A stretch of 58,982 bases of DNA from Limisphaerales bacterium (GTDB taxonomy: Bacteria > Verrucomicrobiota > Verrucomicrobiia > Limisphaerales > SIBE01). Both the position numbers and the translations under genes were made by a program. Where the stretch lies: the NCBI GenBank assembly GCA_044225505.1, contig JBGAIN010000033.1, positions 1 to 58,982 of the forward strand. The letters run 5' to 3'. Shown piece after piece: positions 1 through 6,163 of this stretch; the stretch's first letter is position 1, and each line of letters starts with the position of its first letter. Under the pieces are notes generated by a model. That model did no database searches, had not been told where the DNA came from, and saw nothing but the letters and a program-made list of their open reading frames with translations.

Positions 1-65
1 GGCTCAAATAATCGTGAGAAACTTTTGCCGAACACCGGACATGCGTATCTGCGGGACTGACCCCT
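1..65 (+). repeat. 233-bp RAYT-derived element, copy 1 (3' part only, cut by window edge)
   Basis: Matches the 3' 65 bp of the copies at 1475-1707 (1 mismatch) and 3147-3379 (2 mismatches); ends in TGCGGGACTGACCCCT. Confidence 0.9.
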
Positions 66-202
66 CCACTGACGCCTCGGACAAGAGCAGGCGCTCCGAA
101 TCAGCGCGGCTCAAGATTACACCACCCAAGCGCTCCGGAAGCCACTGAAAGAATGGCTTGGCCTCTGCGGATGTGTTTGCGACAAACTCAAGTGAAATCC
201 CG

Positions 203-1414
203 ATGAAAGCCATGCAGGTTTGCCGTGATTGGGCTTCGTTATTGATAACTCTTGTAGCGCTAAATCTCTCGTCGCTGTGCGCTCGTGCCGAGGTTCAACC
301 AAAGACCCAGCTTGATGCCGTAAAAAGCGCGATCAGCTCGGATCGGCTTTCAATGCAGCTCAGGGCGGTTCAGAGGCTCGGTTTGACCGCCGTTACGAAT
401 GCGGCCTGGCGGGACTCTTTGGTTGATCTTCTCTGGGAGCAAAAGAGCAGCTTGGTCAATAGCGAGGCTGTGTTTTGGCTAACGCGCCTCGGAACTATTG
501 GGCTCAGGGAGGTGGAGAGGCGAATGATAATGGATGGCAAACTCAATGAGCCGATCCTTGAGAGTGTCTCACAACTGGGAAAAACGGATGAGCGCACAAT
601 CGCTTTCCTTAATGCGAAACTCGAACAGGCCGATTCAGCCCGACTTTTCGGGCCAGAGCTGGAGGTTTGTATCGCCAATCTTGGAGATCGCGTAGCTGAG
701 CATGAAAAATCCCTCATTCAGAGCTTGAGATCCGGGAGTCCACAGACGGAAAAAACTCTGACTTTCCTCGAATACGCGCCTCCCAAATGGGGTGTCTCGA
801 AACAATTTACTGATGTTCTAGTAGCAAATCTCGCAACGAACAACTACAGAGCGGCCATGTCAGCTATGATCTTGGTTCAGCTTGGAGGCTTTGAAGGCTC
901 GATTGCAGAAACAGTTGAGGGGCTTTACAATCAGTCGAAAAGCGACGATTCAAAGCCAGCTTATCGATTGCTCTACGCCATGATCCTTGCCAAGGGCATT
1001 GAGCAGCACCGTGGAAAGTATCTCTCCGCTGCAGCCGAGTTCTTCGGGTCTGAGGATAGTTTTAGCCACACAGTCCAGGCAGCCGCGTATCATGTAATCC
1101 ACCGATTAATGGATGATGAAACAATCAACCGATTCATTAAGATGTCCGAGGAGGAAAATGACAGTGCCGCTCGCGGGGCTATTCGTTGGACAGGAATGTT
1201 GGGCCTTCGAGCCGCCGATGCCGTTCCGCCGCTAATTCGAATTGTCAGATCAAAACGTAACGACGTTATTCGGGAAGCAGCAGCCGTCGCGCTGGGTGCC
1301 GTTGCTCCGGCAAATCGCAGTAATGAGATTAGAGAGCTTCTGTCCCAGGAGAAATCGCGGTCTGTCCGCGATGCTTTGAGCGAGAGCCTTTCGTTGATGC
1401 TGTTAGAACCGTGA
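203..1414 (+). CDS. Secreted HEAT-repeat protein
   Basis: ORF 158..1414; ATG 203 gives a signal-peptide-like N-terminus (LLITLVALNLSSLCARA-E); C-terminal HEAT-like segments (AADAVPPLIRIV, VIREAAAVALG, VRDALSESL). Confidence 0.7.
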   Translation: MKAMQVCRDWASLLITLVALNLSSLCARAEVQPKTQLDAVKSAISSDRLSMQLRAVQRLGLTAVTNAAWRDSLVDLLWEQKSSLVNSEAVFWLTRLGTIGLREVERRMIMDGKLNEPILESVSQLGKTDERTIAFLNAKLEQADSARLFGPELEVCIANLGDRVAEHEKSLIQSLRSGSPQTEKTLTFLEYAPPKWGVSKQFTDVLVANLATNNYRAAMSAMILVQLGGFEGSIAETVEGLYNQSKSDDSKPAYRLLYAMILAKGIEQHRGKYLSAAAEFFGSEDSFSHTVQAAAYHVIHRLMDDETINRFIKMSEEENDSAARGAIRWTGMLGLRAADAVPPLIRIVRSKRNDVIREAAAVALGAVAPANRSNEIRELLSQEKSRSVRDALSESLSLMLLEP

Positions 1415-1474
1415 TGCCACCGCCCTTTTTGCGTAAGAGAGGCGCGGCGCTCAAACCCTCTCCAGCTCCGTCGA

Positions 1475-1707
1475 AAGGGTCAGGCCCGCATAATGCAATA
1501 TAGGTCTTGACGCTTGAGGTAAGGCAGGGGCAAGTTCTTGGCATGGCGAGAAAGCTGAGGCTGCAATATCCGGGAGCGATTTACCGCGGCGCGTCCTTGA
1601 TGATGGGCGCGGCTGGCTACGCCGCCGGATCTGTCCGAGAGTGGCTCAAATAATCGTGAGAAACTTTTGCAGAACACCGGACATGCGTATCTGCGGGACT
1701 GACCCCT
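1475..1707 (+). mobile_element. 233-bp non-autonomous element with 16-bp terminal inverted repeats, RAYT/Y1-transposase deletion derivative, copy 2
   Basis: Ends AAGGGTCAGGCCCGCA ... TGCGGGACTGACCCCT; internal 36-codon ORF 1543-1653 MARKLRLQYPGAIYRGASLMMGAAGYAAGSVREWLK; 9 substitutions vs copy 3. Confidence 0.8.
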
Positions 1708-1762
1708 AATCCACACTCTGCCGGTCAGTTGCTTGTGATGTCGTTAACGTTCAGATTCGGCC

Positions 1763-2545
1763 TTGCGCTTGATTTTGAGGGCTCAAAAGGCGCCGTATCG
1801 CAGAGACGGTCAACGCAATGATCGGCGATTTTCCTTCGAGCTGCGAGTCTTTGGCGTAGGCTACAGAGCCGTGACGCTCTCGATGGCATCGCCGTGTTGT
1901 CCGCCGATCGAACGTTCTCGCCGCCGTCGGCACTGCCGCGCGAATCCAAAATCACTGTACCGGGTTTTTCCAAATGCAATAACAGGCCATCGTTATTACA
2001 ACCCCTCCACGGGACGGTGGCTGAGCAGAGACCCGATTGGGGAACTCGCCGGAGCGTTTAACTCTTCTGGCCAACAACAGGAAAAGAATGCTCTGCCAGT
2101 TATTGTAGTCGCAGGAGGTAATCCCTACTGCTTTGCCCGGAACGCGCCGACAATCCGCTATGATGCCTTCGGGTTGTGGTGTGGTTCAGACGTGCCTGGA
2201 TTGGGATTGGACCCGACTGTGCCAGATCACCCGTTTGGTTTTGATTTCTCCGGCGCATGTGAATCTCACGACAAATGCTATGGAAGGTGCGGTTCAAAGA
2301 AGGGCGACTGCGATAGTAACTTCTACAACGACATGGTAAACAAATGCGTCAGTTACCAGCCGCAGCTCGCCAATCCCGCATTCTGTAAAGCCGTAGCGTC
2401 TCTCTACTATCAAGCGGTTAAGCGACTAGGAGATACGGCTTATGCACAGGGGCAACGTCTTGCCTGCTCTGACCGATGCTTCGTTGTTCCCAAGGACTCT
2501 CCCCCTATCATCTCGCCACCCACTACCATCATCATTCGTGAGTGA
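1763..2545 (+). CDS. Orphan Rhs core tip with C-terminal phospholipase A2-like toxin domain (true start uncertain)
   Basis: GHRYYNPSTGRWLSRDPIGE...NPYCFARNAPTIRYDAFGL (Rhs core end, DxxGL junction at 2162-2176), then a Cys-rich domain with CESHDKCY and CDSNFYNDM...C...YYQAV, typical of bacterial secreted PLA2. Confidence 0.8.
   Translation: MRLILRAQKAPYRRDGQRNDRRFSFELRVFGVGYRAVTLSMASPCCPPIERSRRRRHCRANPKSLYRVFPNAITGHRYYNPSTGRWLSRDPIGELAGAFNSSGQQQEKNALPVIVVAGGNPYCFARNAPTIRYDAFGLWCGSDVPGLGLDPTVPDHPFGFDFSGACESHDKCYGRCGSKKGDCDSNFYNDMVNKCVSYQPQLANPAFCKAVASLYYQAVKRLGDTAYAQGQRLACSDRCFVVPKDSPPIISPPTTIIIRE
1926..2032 (+). repeat. Rhs leader/core-tip repeat, copy A
   Basis: ~105 bp similar to 5052-5159, with a near-identical core AAATCACTGTACCGGGTTTTTCCA-ATGCAATAACAGGCCA. 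Confidence 0.85.
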
Positions 2546-2945
2546 CGATCTCCAGGAAGTGAGCAAAGCGGTAGGCGACGGCTTCCGATTCAGGAAGTTC
2601 GCATTCTGGAGTGGCCTTGCTTTAACTCTTGCTAATGCCGTGTTGATGGCGCGGTCGCCTGAGAATAGGGCTTCCCTGGGCGACTGGTTCGCTGTCCTCC
2701 TCTTTTCGGGTTTGGTTGGATTGCCGTATTTTTTAATCGCGGTCCTGAGACCGATAAGCAAGGTTGCGGGCACAGCGTTGTTGGTCATAACTGTTGCGCT
2801 GACGCTTGCTGCTGTTTGGACCGTTTACTTTCATCCGAGAGGCTCCGCATCCGCACTGGCGCTCATTTTCTACCCGGCTTACGCTGCGATACTTACTGTG
2901 GTGGTCGCTCTAGTTTGTTGGGGGATCAACGTATATCGAAAATAG
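2538..2945 (+). CDS. Small multi-pass membrane protein, candidate immunity protein for the Rhs-PLA2
   Basis: GTG 2538 overlaps the end of the toxin ORF (in frame with ORF 2442..2945); about four hydrophobic helices; position matches a toxin-immunity pair. Confidence 0.65.
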   Translation: MSDDLQEVSKAVGDGFRFRKFAFWSGLALTLANAVLMARSPENRASLGDWFAVLLFSGLVGLPYFLIAVLRPISKVAGTALLVITVALTLAAVWTVYFHPRGSASALALIFYPAYAAILTVVVALVCWGINVYRK

Positions 2946-3108
2946 CGCTCACCCGTAAGGAGACTTTGCTCAGATCATGGAGCGTCCAGGATATTTGATC
3001 AAAGCTCCGTGGCGATTCGCCACTAGCCCCGCGCTGGAGCGTCGGCCCACGTTTGACGAGCGCGTCAAATCGTTTGCCACAACTTGACGCGGGAATTTGA
3101 CATCTGAG

Positions 3109-3134
3109 TCGTCCGTTCATCCGGCGCGAGGCCG
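3109..3134 (+). repeat. 26-bp exact copy of an internal segment of the downstream fic gene
   Basis: TCGTCCGTTCATCCGGCGCGAGGCCG is identical at 3109-3134 and 3971-3996. Confidence 0.9.
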
Positions 3135-3146
3135 GGTGGACGTCGA

Positions 3147-3379
3147 AGGGGTCAGGCCCGCATAATGCGATATAGGTCTTGACGCTTGAGGTAAGGCAGG
3201 GGCAGGTTCTTGGCATGGCGAGAAAGCTGAGACTGCAATATCCGGGAGCGATTTACCACGGCGCGTCCTTGATGATGGGCGCGGCTGGCTACGCCGCCGG
3301 ATGTGTCCGAGAGTGGCACAAATAATCGTGAGAAACTTTTGCCGAACACCGGACATGCGGATCTGCGGGACTGACCCCT
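3147..3379 (+). mobile_element. 233-bp RAYT-derived element, copy 3
   Basis: Ends AGGGGTCAGGCCCGCA ... TGCGGGACTGACCCCT (15/16 inverted match); mini-ORF 3215-3325 MARKLRLQYPGAIYHGASLMMGAAGYAAGCVREWHK. Confidence 0.8.
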
Positions 3380-3406
3380 ACATTGCGGGGTCCCCACGAC
3401 AAGTAA

Positions 3407-3697
3407 ATTCTCCCGTTCTTCAAATGCGCTGGGTTTGATGGTTGCGGACTGTTGTCTGAGTTGCTGAAAGCAATCTTACCGAAGAACGTCACGCCCAGCA
3501 TTGTCCCCTATCCGAATGATACTCCGCACTCGTTCCAAGAGTTGAGTCAGGGAGTGCTTGATGCCGTGTCGGAAGCAACGGCCTACGTGCTAATTGTTGA
3601 ATCCTTCTCCGGGCCTGTCGCGATCCGAATGGCCGCGACGGCACCTGTCCCGCCTTTTGCATTGGTCTTCTGCGCTTCGTTGGTTTCAGGCGACTGA
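3407..3697 (+). pseudogene. Alpha/beta hydrolase N-terminal fragment
   Basis: AGFDGCGLL resembles the oxyanion-loop motif PGxDGTG; ESFSGPVAI resembles the nucleophile elbow; stops after ~95 codons. Confidence 0.55.
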
Positions 3698-3761
3698 AAT
3701 AGCAATGGTGGTTGTTTCATGTCTTGCGTGAACAATGAAATAGTGAAATCCTGCCCCGGGA

Positions 3762-4943
3762 ATGGCCAAGACTTTGGGTAAATTGCATCCCGGCAGGGTC
3801 TCCGGGCGGTGGATCAAAACGCTGGAGGGCTACCGAGCCTTCCATCCCAACCCGTTACCGCCGCTGCTGGATTGGACCCCGACGCTGGCGGCCGCGCTGG
3901 CGGATGCTTCCATGCTCGTGGGCAGACTGGCCGGTGAAGGCCGACGTCTGCCCAATCCTCATGTGCTGATTCGTCCGTTCATCCGGCGCGAGGCCGTGCT
4001 GTCGAGCCGCATCGAAGGCACGCAGACGACTTTGGGCGAATTACTGGCCGCCGAGGCCGGAGCGACCGTCGAGCGCAGCCCGGATGATTTGCGCGAAGTC
4101 GGGAACTACGTGAGGGCGCTGGAACACGGATTGAAACGGTTAGAATCTCTGCCACTCTCGCTGCGGTTGGTACGGGAGTTGCACGATCGCTTAATGGCCG
4201 GAGTGCGTGGCGGACACGCCACCCCCGGAGAGTTCCGCCGGTCGCAGAACTGGATTGGCCGCCCGGGCGAAACACTGGCCCAAGCCAAGTACGTGCCGCC
4301 ACCGCCGGACGTATTAGGAGAGCATTTGTCAGCATGGAAGAAATTCCTTCACGAACGCATGTTGCCGTCCTTGGTGCATGTGGCGCTAGCGCATTACCAG
4401 TTCGAGGCCATTCATCCCTTTCTGGACGGCAACGGGCGCGTCGGGCGGCTGCTGATCACCTTGCAACTTTGCGAGCGGGACATTCTTCCCGCACCGCTGC
4501 TGTATCTCTCCGCGTTCTTCGAGGCAACGCGATCGGACTACTACGCCGGTCTGCGTGCCGTTTCGGAAGACGGCGATTGGGAGGGATGGGTGCAATACTT
4601 CCTGAATGGGATAGCTCGACAGTCGGAGGATGCGTTGAGCCGAGCCGAGCGTCTGAATCAATTGGTTTCGAACTGGCGGGCTGAGCTTTCCGGACAGGCC
4701 GGAACAAAAGTGGCGCTGCGTCTTTTGGATATCGTTGTCGCCAATACTTTCCTTACGCCCCGAGGTGCGGAGGAAAAGCTGGACCTGGCCTACAACACGA
4801 CGATGCGAGCCATCGAACAGTTGGAGAATTTGAAAGTGCTGAAAGAGATCAGCGGAGCGAAGCGTGCTCGAGTCTATTGCGCGAAGGCGATCCTCGATAT
4901 TTTGGAGGAGCCGACGCGCCTGACCCCAAACCAAGGCAGATGA
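3762..4943 (+). CDS. Fic family protein (class II, N-terminal autoinhibitory motif, C-terminal HTH)
   Basis: HPFLDGNGRVGR Fic motif; SSRIEG inhibitory motif. Confidence 0.92.
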   Translation: MAKTLGKLHPGRVSGRWIKTLEGYRAFHPNPLPPLLDWTPTLAAALADASMLVGRLAGEGRRLPNPHVLIRPFIRREAVLSSRIEGTQTTLGELLAAEAGATVERSPDDLREVGNYVRALEHGLKRLESLPLSLRLVRELHDRLMAGVRGGHATPGEFRRSQNWIGRPGETLAQAKYVPPPPDVLGEHLSAWKKFLHERMLPSLVHVALAHYQFEAIHPFLDGNGRVGRLLITLQLCERDILPAPLLYLSAFFEATRSDYYAGLRAVSEDGDWEGWVQYFLNGIARQSEDALSRAERLNQLVSNWRAELSGQAGTKVALRLLDIVVANTFLTPRGAEEKLDLAYNTTMRAIEQLENLKVLKEISGAKRARVYCAKAILDILEEPTRLTPNQGR

Positions 4944-5159
4944 CCATCCCGAAGACGGTCAACGTGACAAGAGCTGCGCCTCACCCAGATCGCTCTGGAT
5001 TTCGACCTTGCTCAGAAAGATATGCACGGTCCATGAAAGGAGGTGCGCTCTGCCGGCATAATCGTGTGAATCGAAAATCACTGTACCGGGTTTTTCCAGA
5101 TGCAATAACAGGCCACCGTTTCTACAACTCCTCCACCGGACGATGGCTATCGTGAGATC
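4940..5159 (+). pseudogene. Dead Rhs leader/core tip, copy B, with no toxin domain
   Basis: KSLYRVFPDAITGHRFYNSSTGRWLS then TGA where copy A has AGA (Arg); similarity is lost right after; ATG 4940 overlaps the fic stop. Confidence 0.7.
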
Positions 5160-5371
5160 AGAAGGACGTTCCAGGAGAGGCTGACTCAGGGTGCCCGCTC
5201 CGGGGCGCTCATCCAGACCAAAAAGGCGAACTGGTGAAAACAGCGGCGTGGTGGCAGGGGCAAATCATGGGAATCGACCAGCGGATCGTCCGCTCGTATT
5301 TTTTGGCTGGCGATGGGAGCGTCTGTCGCAGCCATTGAATGAAAAGCTGCAATGTCGTAGAATGGAAACCT

Positions 5372-5602
5372 GTGCCACTGACACTGGACCAAATCGTCGA
5401 GGAAGCTCGCCACTGGCCGCCGGAAAAGGTGGGTGAGTTGGTCGATCGATTGACTCAGGAGTTTCATTCGTCGGATCCTGGTATCGAAGAGGACTGGCGA
5501 AAAGTAGCACGCCAGCGTTTGGCGCAGATTGAAAATGGGACCGTGCAAGCCGTCGGCGGCGAAGAGGTCTCTGCGCGCATCCGTCGGACTGTGGGGCGGT
5601 GA
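5372..5602 (+). CDS. Putative addiction-module antitoxin (TIGR02574-like)
   Basis: PLTLDQIVEEARHWP...IEEDWRKVARQRLAQIENGTV pattern; GTGA overlap with a toxin remnant. Confidence 0.75.
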   Translation: MPLTLDQIVEEARHWPPEKVGELVDRLTQEFHSSDPGIEEDWRKVARQRLAQIENGTVQAVGGEEVSARIRRTVGR

Positions 5603-5692
5603 AGTCGCGTGCCTTCCATCCGGCTGCGGATGTTGATTATCGCAATGATGCTTATGAAACGCTGGCCCGGCTATTGGAAAGATCGTATCAAA
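5599..5692 (+). pseudogene. ParE/RelE toxin remnant with internal deletion
   Basis: N-terminus VKSRAFHPAAD is joined out of frame to the C-terminal LIIAMMLMKRWPGYWKDRI; the middle of the gene is missing. Confidence 0.7.
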
Positions 5693-5870
5693 AAAGAGAC
5701 ACCTAGCGGTGTTGCCGTTCCTGTCGAGACGATTTTCGGGCTGTAACTGTCATGCTTGGTCTCAGCCGTATTTCGCAAGGGTTCTGTTTAGCGAGGCGGT
5801 GGAACGGAGGCCCGGATGTGCTTGAAACAACCAGAGGGATATAGATGAACAGGTCTGAGGCACTGCCTCG

Positions 5871-6152
5871 CTAGTGTGGTGACCGCTAAGTCCTTGCACT
5901 TTCGCGGCGAGGGTTTTTGCGCGCCCGCAAGGCGCGAGCGAGGCGCATACCCGTCCCGACAGGTCGGGAGAACGAGCGAGGAACGCGGCGGGCGCGCAAA
6001 AGAACCGCCGCCCAAAGGGTTGCGCTGAAAATGGGTCCTGGCTTTGTTGCTCCTCGGTCAGAGAGCGCGGCGGCTATCTTCCGTCGTCGCGCCTCGCCAG
6101 GATCCATTTTGAGCGCAACGAAAGTATAAGGACTTAGCGGTCACCACACTAG
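5871..6152. mobile_element. 282-bp MITE-like element with ~34-bp terminal inverted repeats and CTAG ends
   Basis: 5871-5904 is the reverse complement of 6119-6152 with 2 mismatches; internal hairpins at 5904-5928/5988-6011 and 6019-6042/6096-6119. Confidence 0.85.
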
Positions 6153-6163
6153 AGAGAAGTTCC

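Noticed and set aside
1..3379. CRISPR array interpretation of the repeats
   Set aside because: The repeats are 233 bp with ~1.4-kb gene-containing intervals, and no cas genes are present.
1475..3379. Classical integron attC sites or a composite IS transposon
   Set aside because: No GTTRRRY/RYYYAAC box pattern, integrase, intact transposase or target duplication was seen.
1329..3397. Recurring minus-strand ORFs (e.g. MPRTCPCLTSSVKTY..., MSGVRQKFLTII)
   Set aside because: They are antisense translations of the repeated element with no protein features.
1926..5159. DGR template/variable repeat pair for the two Rhs leader copies
   Set aside because: Mismatches are not adenine-specific, and there is no reverse transcriptase in the window.
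5788..6129. Short ORFs inside the MITE
   Set aside because: Low-complexity, Arg/Ala-rich translations of a palindromic GC-rich element.
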